Assembly: GCA_964466335.1 (NCBI GenBank)
Contig: CAYXSD010000001.1
Span: forward strand, 58,601-122,600
Origin: an uncultured Spirochaetales bacterium
GTDB taxonomy: Bacteria > Spirochaetota > Spirochaetia > SPDA01 > CAYXSD01
Length of the DNA stretch: 64,000 nt
Direction: 5' to 3'
Below the pieces are notes generated by a model. That model was not told the origin of the DNA. It did not search any database and saw only the letters and a list, made by a program, of their open reading frames with translations. This document shows, in pieces, positions 9,485-19,800 of this stretch. The number at the start of each line of letters is the position of its first letter. Within the stretch, counting starts at the first letter, position 1. Position numbers and translations under genes: made by a program.

Positions 9485-10132
9485 GTGTTTTTAGGCTACA
9501 TACTTGTAACCGGCTTTTTTCTTCGTTCCTTCAGAATAGAGGGAAATTCCATGAATCCCCTACTCGTAAGTAATTCCAGGGTCCTTGTTTCACCCCTGGC
9601 ATATGGTCCAAAATGCAGCTTCACTGATTTCTCATTACCTGGTCTGGAAGAACCTAATCGTGGGGATATTGTTCTCATTCGTACCCCTAACTCGGACCCG
9701 CCGGGTCTTTTTAGCCAAGGAATAAACAGCGTAATCGGATTTTTTACCCTTCATAAGCTCAAATCCACCGGCGGATGGGCCATTCCGCGTCAGGTTAAAC
9801 GATTGGTAGGACTTCCCGGCGATACTATTAAGATGGAAGAAGGAGTCGTCTTTGTACGTCCCGCAGGGGAGAGTTCGTTTTATACGGAGTTTGAGCTCAT
9901 CAAAAAGCCCTACGAACTTCGTTACGAACCTTTACCTGAAGGGTGGAAAGTAAGTTTCCCTTTTGCCTACTCCTTTCCACCCATAACCTTGAGTAAGGAC
10001 CAATACTTTGTCCTGGGAGATAACCGCAGCAACTCCTCGGATTCTCGGTATTGGGGTCCTATAAGTGAAAAACATCTGCTGGGAAAAGCCGTCCTGCAGT
10101 ACGCCCCTATAAAGCAAGCAAAATCCCTGTAA
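9485..10132 (+). CDS. lepB: signal peptidase I (paralog 2, GTG start)
   Basis: EGNSMNPLL, KRLVGLPGDTI, GDNRSNSSDSRYWG motifs; tandem to paralog 1. Confidence 0.85.
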   Translation: MFLGYILVTGFFLRSFRIEGNSMNPLLVSNSRVLVSPLAYGPKCSFTDFSLPGLEEPNRGDIVLIRTPNSDPPGLFSQGINSVIGFFTLHKLKSTGGWAIPRQVKRLVGLPGDTIKMEEGVVFVRPAGESSFYTEFELIKKPYELRYEPLPEGWKVSFPFAYSFPPITLSKDQYFVLGDNRSNSSDSRYWGPISEKHLLGKAVLQYAPIKQAKSL

Positions 10133-11421
10133 TGCTAAGACTTTCGAAATTTAGAATAGAAAGGGCCCTGCGTATGGTTAAGGACATCTCTCTCTATATT
10201 CATATCCCCTTCTGTAGGACCAAATGTGGCTACTGCACTTTTTTCTCCCTTCCTAATCCCGGTAAAGAGGTAATCCGCGAATATATAGGGGCTATCAGAC
10301 ATGATATCTCCTGGGTCCTTAAAACAATACCCCCTAATTCCTTATCTACGCTGTATATCGGCGGCGGCACCCCAAGCTTTCTCTCAGAAGAGATCTTTTC
10401 AATCCTTAATACCATTGACCAAGAGGTTCAATCCAATCAGCAAGGATGCGAAGAACGGACCCTTGAGGTGAACCCTCAAGATGGTAATAAAGATTTCCTT
10501 ATAAGGCTAAGGGAAACCGGCATTAATCGACTAAGTGTAGGTATACAATCGACTCGGGAAGAACTTCTTCAAATAATCGGCAGGGGAACTTCGCGAAACG
10601 CTACCGAGAAGGCACTAGGAAATCTTCGGGATTTCTGGGATAGAAAACTCTCCTTGGACCTTTTAGGCGGTATTCCCGGGCAAACTGAATCGACCATGAA
10701 GGATGATTTCGTTAAGATGTTAGAGGCTCTTCCTGAACACGTCTCGCTCTATCAGTTAAGTTTTGAAGAGGGGACCCCTCTCTATAAAAGGGCCGCAGAG
10801 GGACAGATAGGAGATGATTGGTCCCCTGAGTTTTTGGAATCACTTCAACTATACGGGGAAAGTGTACTGGAAGGGTTGGGATATCATCACTACGAGGTAT
10901 CAAGCTTTTCACGCTCTCCGGCGGATGTCTCCAAACATAACATGAGGTATTGGAACATGCGGCCGTATATTGGAATCGGGCCGTCCGCCGGTTCCACACT
11001 GCCCGATCCGGACAGACCAGGGTTCCCGCTTAGGCTGGAATTCCCTGACGATATAGCATCTTGGTTAGAAAAAAGCAAAGTTGATGAACCAGGCCCGTAC
11101 CGGAAAGTCAGAGGAGAGCTCCTCCAAGGTCGAACGTTTTTATTCGAATACCTCCTTATGCACCTTCGTACTTTCCGGGGTATTTCCAAAAGTGATTTTT
11201 TTCACTGCTTCGGGAGTTCTTTTAAGGACCTTCTGCCCAACGGATTTAAGCATGGTCAAGAAAAGGGATACATCCTTGACAAGGAGGACCGATACTATGT
11301 GACAAAGCTGGGACTCCACTTTTTAAATTCCTTCCTTATGGAACTCCTCGAAGAGATACAGAAAGTATCTTATTTGCCCCTCTCATGGCCGGGTGAACTA
11401 GTGAGTGAACAAGCGAGTTGA
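10132..11421 (+). CDS. hemW: radical SAM heme chaperone HemW / oxygen-independent coproporphyrinogen-III oxidase-like
   Basis: CxxxCxxC radical-SAM motif FCRTKCGYCTF; HemN C-terminal domain; start may instead be the internal Met at 10174. Confidence 0.75.
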   Translation: MLRLSKFRIERALRMVKDISLYIHIPFCRTKCGYCTFFSLPNPGKEVIREYIGAIRHDISWVLKTIPPNSLSTLYIGGGTPSFLSEEIFSILNTIDQEVQSNQQGCEERTLEVNPQDGNKDFLIRLRETGINRLSVGIQSTREELLQIIGRGTSRNATEKALGNLRDFWDRKLSLDLLGGIPGQTESTMKDDFVKMLEALPEHVSLYQLSFEEGTPLYKRAAEGQIGDDWSPEFLESLQLYGESVLEGLGYHHYEVSSFSRSPADVSKHNMRYWNMRPYIGIGPSAGSTLPDPDRPGFPLRLEFPDDIASWLEKSKVDEPGPYRKVRGELLQGRTFLFEYLLMHLRTFRGISKSDFFHCFGSSFKDLLPNGFKHGQEKGYILDKEDRYYVTKLGLHFLNSFLMELLEEIQKVSYLPLSWPGELVSEQAS

Positions 11422-11480
11422 CACCGTAATTTCAGATGTGATAAATTCCTTTCAAATAGTACGGAGGTGTTTATACCAGA

Positions 11481-12227
11481 ATGTCCGGTCATAGCAAATG
11501 GGCCTCAATACGACATAAAAAGGGTGCCGCTGATGCAAAAAGAGGAAAACTCTTCACAAAACTCATAAAAGAAATCACTATTTCCGCCCGTATAGGCGGA
11601 GGGGACGAAGATTCCAATCCCCGTTTACGTACAGCTGTCTTAAAAGCAAAAGACGCTAATATGCCCAAGGACAATATTGAAAGGGCAGTAAAGAAGGGAA
11701 CCGGTGATCTGGAAGGGGTCGATTATATAGAAATTTCCTATGAAGCCTATGGTCCCGGCGGGGTCGCTATCCTCATAAACGCCCTAACGGACAACAAAAA
11801 CAGGACCGCCGCGGATATAAGGAATATTCTTTCCAAGGGCAACGGCAATCTCGGAGAAACAGGCTGTGTATCGTATCTCTTTAAGCGAAAGGGTATTATA
11901 GCCTACGATGAAGAAACACATAGCGAGGATGAAATATTCGATGCTGCCCTAGAGGCAGGGGCGGAAGATGTTATTAACCAGGATGGCACCATTGAAGTGA
12001 CTACGGAACCGGAGGATTTTGAAAAGGTCTTCGAAACCCTTAGAGATGCCGGTTTTACCCACAGAATGGCCGAAGTGACCATGATTCCTGAATCTACCAT
12101 TTCGTTGGATACGGAGACGACCAAAAAAGCACTTCGATTGATAGAGAGTTTAGACGATCATGACGATGTGCAATCTGTCTCCACAAATCTTGATATTCCA
12201 GATGATTTCGAATTCGAGGATGAATGA
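11481..12227 (+). CDS. yebC: YebC/PmpR family DNA-binding transcriptional regulator
   Basis: MSGHSKWASIRHKKGAADAKRGKLFTKL N-terminus is the family hallmark; sits upstream of ruvCAB as in many bacteria. Confidence 0.9.
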   Translation: MSGHSKWASIRHKKGAADAKRGKLFTKLIKEITISARIGGGDEDSNPRLRTAVLKAKDANMPKDNIERAVKKGTGDLEGVDYIEISYEAYGPGGVAILINALTDNKNRTAADIRNILSKGNGNLGETGCVSYLFKRKGIIAYDEETHSEDEIFDAALEAGAEDVINQDGTIEVTTEPEDFEKVFETLRDAGFTHRMAEVTMIPESTISLDTETTKKALRLIESLDDHDDVQSVSTNLDIPDDFEFEDE

Positions 12228-12778
12228 GTATAATTCTTGGTATAGACCCAGGATTGGCACATACTGGTTGGGGAGTTATCGCGGCAGATAACAACAAGTT
12301 TCGCTACATTGCCCACGGCGTTATTAGTACCGGACCTAAAGAAAACGCAGGGGCGAGATTGTTACAGATTCATAGGAAAGTGAAAAAGCTGGTCCAAGAG
12401 TACAATCCTGTGGAAGCAGGTATTGAAAGTCTGTACTTCGCGAAAAATATAACCAGCGCCATACCGGTTGCCCAAGCAAGAGGAGTCGTACTTTTGGCAA
12501 TGGCTGAGGATGGCATTAACGCTGAAGAGTACGCCCCACAGGAGATAAAGCAGTCCTTAGTCGGCAGAGGACGGGCGGACAAAAAACAAATCCAAGAATT
12601 TGTAAAGCTCCTCCTTGGTCTCGGCGAGGTGCCAAAACCGGACCATGCCTCGGATGCTCTGGCGGCGGCAATCTGCAGATATAATCATTCCCTTCCTGAA
12701 AAGGCTGAAATGGCAATAGCCTCTGCCAAAAAAAATGGGAGGTCATTGGAGCCGGATAGTAAAAAGGGTAGGGGATAG
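12224..12778 (+). CDS. ruvC: crossover junction endodeoxyribonuclease RuvC
   Basis: ILGIDPGLAHTGWGVI catalytic N-terminus; 184 aa; overlaps yebC stop. Confidence 0.85.
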   Translation: MSIILGIDPGLAHTGWGVIAADNNKFRYIAHGVISTGPKENAGARLLQIHRKVKKLVQEYNPVEAGIESLYFAKNITSAIPVAQARGVVLLAMAEDGINAEEYAPQEIKQSLVGRGRADKKQIQEFVKLLLGLGEVPKPDHASDALAAAICRYNHSLPEKAEMAIASAKKNGRSLEPDSKKGRG

Positions 12779-12786
12779 GAGAAGAT

Positions 12787-13374
12787 GTGTTTAACAGTCT
12801 TTACGGCATTATAACGGATCTTGGGACCAATACCATTTATCTTCGTACTGGAGATATAGAATGGGAGATCCACGCTAGTTCGAACACTGTTACTCAGTAT
12901 CTTAGGGAAAAGGAACAAATTCGGGTCTACACCTTCCTGTACCACCGGGAAGACCAACTGGTCCTCTATGGTTTTTATTCGAAAGAAGAACGATCTGTCT
13001 TTTTAGACCTTCTCTCTGTTAATGGCATTGGACCGAAACAGGCTGTTAGGGTCCTTTCAGGAATCGGTATAGAGGAGTTCATTGCTTATCTTCGGGAAGG
13101 TAACGTCAACGCCCTGTCTCAGATTCCCGGACTGGGGAAAAAAACAGCCCAGAAAATTATCCTCTCCCTCCAGGGAAAGCTACACTTAGAAGAGGAAGAT
13201 GATACCTCCCAGGATGAAGATATTGTGAACGCCCTAGTGGATATGGGATTTGAGAAGCGCTCAGTTAAAAAGGCTGTGGATGAAATAAGAAGAGAAATTG
13301 GACCCAGAAGCACTCTTGGAGATGAACAGGAGAAGGAACTTTTTAAGGAGGCCCTGCTTCGTTTAAGCAGGTAA
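12787..13374 (+). CDS. ruvA: Holliday junction DNA helicase subunit RuvA (GTG start)
   Basis: OB-fold N-domain, HhH pair ([24 protein letters not shown]), C-terminal domain III. Confidence 0.85.
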   Translation: MFNSLYGIITDLGTNTIYLRTGDIEWEIHASSNTVTQYLREKEQIRVYTFLYHREDQLVLYGFYSKEERSVFLDLLSVNGIGPKQAVRVLSGIGIEEFIAYLREGNVNALSQIPGLGKKTAQKIILSLQGKLHLEEEDDTSQDEDIVNALVDMGFEKRSVKKAVDEIRREIGPRSTLGDEQEKELFKEALLRLSR

Positions 13375-14456
13375 TGCCGGGTCTTCTTAGTTCCTCTATA
13401 TCGCGTATGGATAACAGAGAAAACGAGTCCGAAAAGAAAAGGTTACTCTCCTCAGAGTTCAGCAAGATAGATGACGGGAAAGAACACGGTCTCCGTCCGC
13501 GTTTTCTGACCGATTTTCAGGGTCAACCGAGACTCAAAGAAAATCTCAGCATCTTTATACTAGCCGCGAAAAACCGCCGGGAAAGCTTGGACCATGTCTT
13601 TCTAAGTGGACCTCCCGGCCTGGGAAAGACGACCTTAGCCGGTATTATGGCTAATGAACTTGGGGTCGATTTTAAGGTAACCTCTGCGCCGGCATTAGAA
13701 AAACCTAAAGATCTGGCTGGGCTTCTTACTTCTTTAGGTGAGAATGCTGTTTTCTTTATCGATGAAATCCATCGGCTTAAGCCCGCAATAGAAGAGATGC
13801 TCTACATAGCCATGGAGGATTACGAGCTTGATTGGATTATTGGTCAAGGTCCTTCAGCAAGAACGGTAAGGATCCCCATCCCTCCTTTTACCCTCATTGG
13901 TGCCACGACAAAAGCGGGACAAGTGGCATCTCCGCTTTTAAGCCGTTTCGGAATAAACTTTCGCATGAACTTTTACTCCAGTGAAGAAATCCAATCTATT
14001 ATCCATCGGTCTGCTGAACTATTGGAAGTTAAGATAGCTGAAGACGCAAAAACACATCTTGCACAGTGTTCCAGGGGAACACCCCGAGTTGCCAACCGGT
14101 TGTTACGAAGAATGAGAGACTTTGCCGAGATTACCGGAGATGGGAGTATAACCCGAGAAATTGTGTCACAAGGGCTTACGCAACTTGAGATAGACGGTTT
14201 CGGCTTAGAAAAGCATGACAGGGAAATACTAAAGGTTATTATCCAAAAGTACAGCGGCGGCCCTGTAGGCGCGGACACCCTGGCCATATCAGTTGGAGAA
14301 GCGACGGAATCTCTAGAGGACTACTACGAGCCCTACTTAATACAGATGGGTTTTATTAAGCGAACACCCAGGGGAAGGGTTGTAACGGAAATGGCCTACA
14401 AACACCTAGATTTGGAGCATCTAAAAAAGAATGAGGACCAAAGATTTCTCTTTTGA
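13374..14456 (+). CDS. ruvB: Holliday junction DNA helicase RuvB
   Basis: AAA+ Walker [10 protein letters not shown], Walker B FIDEIHRL, sensor and winged-helix C-domain. Confidence 0.9.
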   Translation: MPGLLSSSISRMDNRENESEKKRLLSSEFSKIDDGKEHGLRPRFLTDFQGQPRLKENLSIFILAAKNRRESLDHVFLSGPPGLGKTTLAGIMANELGVDFKVTSAPALEKPKDLAGLLTSLGENAVFFIDEIHRLKPAIEEMLYIAMEDYELDWIIGQGPSARTVRIPIPPFTLIGATTKAGQVASPLLSRFGINFRMNFYSSEEIQSIIHRSAELLEVKIAEDAKTHLAQCSRGTPRVANRLLRRMRDFAEITGDGSITREIVSQGLTQLEIDGFGLEKHDREILKVIIQKYSGGPVGADTLAISVGEATESLEDYYEPYLIQMGFIKRTPRGRVVTEMAYKHLDLEHLKKNEDQRFLF

Positions 14457-15495
14457 GGTCCCGGAAGAACTTATTGCGCAGAACCCGCCTAATATAAGGG
14501 GTGGCTCAAGACTATTGGTGTGTTCTTGCCAAGCTTCCGGGAGAAAAAACATCTATCATTCCCAGATATCTCGGTTGGGTTCTTACCTCCCAAAACCTGC
14601 GGTAATCGTATTTAATAATTCCAAGGTACGTAAGGCAAGGATTCTCAGTTCCGGTCCGAATGGGGGAAAGATAGAAGTTCTTTTTTTACGCACTAAAGAT
14701 GGTAGCAGCTGGGAAGTACTCATTAATAAAACTAAGAAGAGAAAAATCGGGCAGGAATTCTTGCTACCCGGGAATGTTAGGGCGAAGATTACCGAAAAAA
14801 GAGCGGGGAGGGTCATACTTGCCCTCTCGAACCACATTAATGATACTTATTTTGATCAGTACGGTCACGTCCCTCTCCCCCCCTACATAAAAAGGGAAGA
14901 TACCCGCGAAGACGAATTCCGCTATCAGACAGTTTTTGCTGAAACTTCCGGCTCAGTAGCTGCGCCTACGGCTGGATTACACTTTACCGATGAACTTCTA
15001 GAAACACTTAAGAACCAGGGTTTCATTCTCTGCTCTATTACGCTGCATGTCGGCGTAGGGACTTTTCAACCCATACGCACCGAAAAGGTAGAAGACCATA
15101 CAATGCACAGGGAAGAATACGAGATTTCAGAGGAAACAGCTCAGATCATAATGGACGCGCAAAGAAATAATGTCCCTATTATCGCGGTGGGTACAACCAC
15201 AGTAAGAACTCTAGAATCAGCCTGGCTTGCTTCCCTCGGCGAAGGACCATCTGAAGGAATATCTTATAGAGAAATTCCGCCGGGAAAAGGGGAGACAGAG
15301 CTCTTTATCTATCCTGGTTTCCGCTTCAATCTAGTGGACGGCATGGTAACAAACTTTCATACTCCCGAATCGTCTCTCTTTGTTATGGTTTCGGCTTTTG
15401 CGGGAAAGGAACATATGGAAGAGGTGTATCAAGAGGCAATACAGAAAAAATATCGGTTCTTTTCCTACGGAGATGCTATGCTGCTTCTTCGTTAG
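14431..15495 (+). CDS. queA: tRNA preQ1(34) S-adenosylmethionine ribosyltransferase-isomerase
   Basis: [19 protein letters not shown] start, [20 protein letters not shown] motifs; overlaps ruvB end by 26 nt. Confidence 0.85.
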   Translation: MRTKDFSFEVPEELIAQNPPNIRGGSRLLVCSCQASGRKNIYHSQISRLGSYLPKPAVIVFNNSKVRKARILSSGPNGGKIEVLFLRTKDGSSWEVLINKTKKRKIGQEFLLPGNVRAKITEKRAGRVILALSNHINDTYFDQYGHVPLPPYIKREDTREDEFRYQTVFAETSGSVAAPTAGLHFTDELLETLKNQGFILCSITLHVGVGTFQPIRTEKVEDHTMHREEYEISEETAQIIMDAQRNNVPIIAVGTTTVRTLESAWLASLGEGPSEGISYREIPPGKGETELFIYPGFRFNLVDGMVTNFHTPESSLFVMVSAFAGKEHMEEVYQEAIQKKYRFFSYGDAMLLLR

Positions 15496-16091
15496 TAGGT
15501 GTTTTCATCCATGGCTTCAAATTCCGCCACGACCTTTTCAACTCGTTCAAGCTGTTCCGAAATAATATCTCCGTAATCCAACTCCCCGGCGAGGATCCGG
15601 TAATGCTCATCCTCCCACTTCTGGATTTCTTCAAGGTGGATGTACGTCGAGGGCAGCTCAAGGGCGGCTTCAACCGCTTCTTTCCAGTAAACCCGGGCGT
15701 ATTCATATACCCGCTTTGCCTTGCTTAGGCTCTTTAGATTAGTCTCCTTCCACGGTTCGTTAAAGAAATAAGCATTTCTCTTATCGTATTTTGAACCAAG
15801 ACGGAGATAGGTTTTGACCAATTCAAGATTAACATGCATAGTAAAGAGTATTCGGTAATGCCGCCATTCCTCTTTTGTTTCGATTTTTGCTAGTGCGTTG
15901 AGAGGATTTGCAAAATCCGCGCGCAGGGCCTGCTCCAGATAGTAGATATTTTCCAGACAGTCAGTCGGGTCCTGATAAAAATGAAGATGATAGAGCTTGT
16001 AGAGTTGTTCTTTGTAGAGGATTTTGTACCCCACCAGGGGCTCAAGAAAGAGGAGAAGAAAAAGTGGAATAAGAACAATAGCCTTTTTCAC
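15492..16091 (-). CDS. hypothetical secreted protein
   Basis: 199 aa, N-terminal signal peptide (MKKAIVLIPLFLLLFL), no recognisable motif; overlaps tmk stop, so likely co-transcribed. Confidence 0.5.
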   Translation of the reverse strand: MKKAIVLIPLFLLLFLEPLVGYKILYKEQLYKLYHLHFYQDPTDCLENIYYLEQALRADFANPLNALAKIETKEEWRHYRILFTMHVNLELVKTYLRLGSKYDKRNAYFFNEPWKETNLKSLSKAKRVYEYARVYWKEAVEAALELPSTYIHLEEIQKWEDEHYRILAGELDYGDIISEQLERVEKVVAEFEAMDENTY

Positions 16092-16726
16092 ACTTTATTC
16101 ATCGGAAGTTCTTTCATTATACTCCATACATTTTTAAAGACCTCATTGATGGAGGTACTGCCGTCGATTCTGTGAAATTCCATTCCTGGATTATCAAAGG
16201 TAACGAAACTTTTTTCATAGAATCCCCGGATCTTTTCTTGCATCTGTTGAGCATCGAAAAGCTCTTTGACACCTCTCTCCGCCAATCTTTTGGCGCATAT
16301 ATCGGGTGGAACATCAATGTATATGCAGTGTTCCGGAAGGGGAAATTCCAAATTAGCATGGAAAACGAAGTCGAAACCGCATTCTACCGACTGATACGCC
16401 AAGGAAGAAAAGAGGTATCTGTCAGAAACGACAGTGTATCCCTTAGAGCATTTCGCTGTAATTCCGGTTTTTTTCATATAGAGATGCTCTCGACGGTCTG
16501 CCGCAAAAAGATATGCTAAGGTCTTTGGCTCAACGGACATCTCTCCTCTTAAGATGTCTTTAATGAGCTTTCCAATGGGTCCTTGTGTCGGTTCAAAAGT
16601 GGTCCATACTTTCAAGCTCTTCTCTTGAGACTTCGACTCTATAAGCTGGAGCTGAGTGGTTGTACCGGCCCCATCCAATCCTTCTAAAACAACGAAACCG
16701 GGAAGTACAGGTGTTTCTTTAGTCAC
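16088..16726 (-). CDS. tmk: thymidylate kinase
   Basis: P-loop LEGLDGAGTTTQ, DRY motif (VSDRYLFSS), 212 aa. Confidence 0.85.
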   Translation of the reverse strand: MTKETPVLPGFVVLEGLDGAGTTTQLQLIESKSQEKSLKVWTTFEPTQGPIGKLIKDILRGEMSVEPKTLAYLFAADRREHLYMKKTGITAKCSKGYTVVSDRYLFSSLAYQSVECGFDFVFHANLEFPLPEHCIYIDVPPDICAKRLAERGVKELFDAQQMQEKIRGFYEKSFVTFDNPGMEFHRIDGSTSINEVFKNVWSIMKELPMNKV

Positions 16727-16821
16727 AGAGGAATACTACCCGGGTTTCACCCATTACATCAACGGTTACAGAGAAGCTTCTGTTTAGTCTGCCTACACAC
16801 TTGATCAACCAGATTTTCTCG

Positions 16822-16850
16822 TTGATAATTTACATAAATGGATATACATT
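16822..16850 (+). promoter_or_regulatory. candidate sigma70-type promoter for tamB-bamA-skp (TTGATA-N17-TACATT)
   Basis: -35 at 16822..16827 and -10 at 16845..16850 with 17-nt spacer in the divergent tmk/tamB spacer, about 30 nt before the GTG start. Confidence 0.4.
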
Positions 16851-16882
16851 GAAAATAATGGGAATTTTCATCATATATCAGA

Positions 16883-19800
16883 GTGCTTTCGTTGAATAAC
16901 CTATCTCCGATCAAAATCAGTCAAATTGTGGTCCTCTGTTTCCTTGTTATAGTAACTGCTGTTTCTATTTACCCGCTTCAGCAGGAACTTGAGAAACAAT
17001 TGGAAGAGCTCCGAGTAACTATCATATCGCTTCTAGAGAAAAAACTGGATCGAAAAATTACCTACGAATCCATATCTCCGTCTTTTTTACGTTTTCTTGA
17101 ATTTCGTGAACTTTCTGTCCTTGAATATGAAAATGGGCCATCCTTGGTCAGCTTCCGAAGGGTAAGAGTACACTTTAGTCTATTCGAAATAATAAAGGGG
17201 AATTCTCTGGTCTCTGCCTTGGAAGAAATTCAAATTATCGATACTAACATTACCTTCGGGACAAAAAAGGACAATGATCTTATCCAACTTTTTAAAGACC
17301 TCGTCTCAACAGTGGGAGATGAAGAGGTTACAATTCCTTCTCTTCGACTATCAGGAAGAAATATTTCCGGGGAAATTATAACAGATTTCGGGACGGTACA
17401 TTTTGAATCTGTTCAATTCTCCATAGATTACGGAGAAGAGGACTTGGAACTCTTCCTCCGTGGAATTGCCCGGGGAAATTTTAAGAAAAACGATTTTCAA
17501 TTGGAACAGATGGAAACTGTTTTGGAAGTCGAAGGATATATGGATAACAATTTTGCCTGGTCAAATTTGGAAATCGATATAAAACAACTTCACACAAATC
17601 TCTTGAGTCTTAAAAACCAAACTTTCTATGTCAACGTAGCGGAAAATACGTGGAAAATCAGAAAAATAGAGGATAAAGCTCCCATCGATATTGTGCTGAC
17701 TGTGGACCTGCTTGAAGAATCCTTAGAAGCTTCAATGGTAGTAGAAGAATTTGTTCCCTCACAATTTGTCACCTTGGAGGAAGGCCTTGCAAGCTTTGAT
17801 CCTTGGATGAACACACTCCTCACCGGCGAAGCTTCCATACGGTACTTCTACAGTACTTCCCGGTTGACCTATGAAGGAGATATCAGCGCCCATTTGGATA
17901 ACTCACTTCTTCCAACTTCTTTTAACGTGAAAGGAAATTTTAACGGGAATGAAAAATTCGTTGATTTTGCCAACCTAGATGTTGTTTCAGAATACGGTAA
18001 TTATTCCTTCAAAGGCGGGTTCTCCTATGAAACCCTCCTCCCCAATGGCTATCTGGAATTTTACAATCTGCCCTATCCAATAACCGATACAACAGCCAGA
18101 GGCGCCATAATCCTCGCCTCGAAAAATCGTACACTTCAGGGCAGAAGCACCTATCTTTCACTGGGGGATGCCTCCTTTTCCTCGTTAGATGTTACCATAA
18201 CGAGATTAGAAGGAGGGATCGATTTTTCACTTGAGGGATCTACAGAGTCCTTCCGTAATCAGAACACTAACTCATTTAACAGTGAGGGCTATATAGAGTT
18301 CTCTCCTGAAATATACCTACAACTTTCCTTCTCCTCTAAGAATTTGCCAATCCGGGATGTTCTTCCCTTCTTTGTTTCTTCCGACAGTCTTCCAAAGGAT
18401 GTCTTCCAGTTTGCAGAACCACTGTTACTATCCTCCGAGTTATATATCAACAGCAATTTAAAACAGGTTTCCTTCGCCTCACCTAAGGTAGACATACGAG
18501 ATATTTCTGATCCGAATAATTCCTTATATTTTGCTTCCTCTGGCAATGCCTCCTCCTTCGAGATACGCGAGTTGGAACTTCACTATTCCGGGATAGACCT
18601 TTCAGGCGAGTTTCAAGCCGATATAGTAGAACAAAACTTCCTACGCTTCTCCTCCCAGTTTTCTGTACAAGATGTACCCTATTCCTTTTCCGGTAGTTTC
18701 AAACCAGGAAAAGAACTTATAGTACAGGGGGACTATGACTTTTCAAGCATCCTACTGTTTTCTGATGAGCGTATCCTCCTCTCACTAGACTGTTCCGAAT
18801 TACCTGTTCCCCTCCCGGAGAATCAAATCTTCCTGTCTCTGTCGCTCCATGGTTCCTATATTTCATTAGATAAGTGGCAAATAGCTCTAAGGAAGGGAAG
18901 TATTTCTTCCATTCCCCTTCAGGGCGCACCGCCGGGAAGTCTTGCCTTAAACGGGAGAATAACCTCCGAGAACATCATAATAAACAGGCTAATCTATACG
19001 GATACCTTCTCTGTTATCTCCGGCAGCGGAATGGCGGATATTAATCTCCTTAATCCTAATAAAGGCGAGGCATGGATCAATCTGCAATCGGAAGAGGGGG
19101 GGGAAACCTACTACGGATATGCAAAAATACATGAACTCGAAGAAAATCATAGTATTGATGGACTACTTTCCTTCAAAGGGTCTCCTTTAAGCAGGTTTAT
19201 TGACACAAACATTATTGGAAATGTAAACGGAAAATTTCTTGTTAAAGGAAGCATAGATTCACCGGAAATAACTGGATCTCTTTCCTTAGAAGAGGGGCTT
19301 CTAAATGCTGATCCTGTTTCTTTTGCTACCGATTTTACCCTTAGTCAAGAAAGAGGAATTATTCACTCACTCTCTCTCGACTATCTTACCAACTCTGTAA
19401 GGGGTGCCAGAGGAACGTATAGCATTAAAAACGGGACACTTGCCTTTACAGCGGATTATCAGGGGGTGTTTCAGGCTGATCCTATCACTGCTCGTCTGGA
19501 GCTTGCAGGCAGTTTTCAAGATTTCCTTCCACTACTTGGTTCAACAGACCTCTTTACCATCAATTTTGAAGTGAATCTCCACGTTACTGATATCTTTGTC
19601 GGAGAAGAAGAACAACCGTCCTGGGAAGCGGTATTACGTCAGCAGGAAGAGAAAATAACATTTAGCGGCGGTCCGGAGGACTCTATTAATGGATATTTTG
19701 AAAAAGATGGTGTATTTTATGCTGAATTGAGGGAACCAATGCCGATCGAGTGTATTGTTACTGGAAGTGTGAAAGATGCCGTCATTGATGCTGAATTGAA

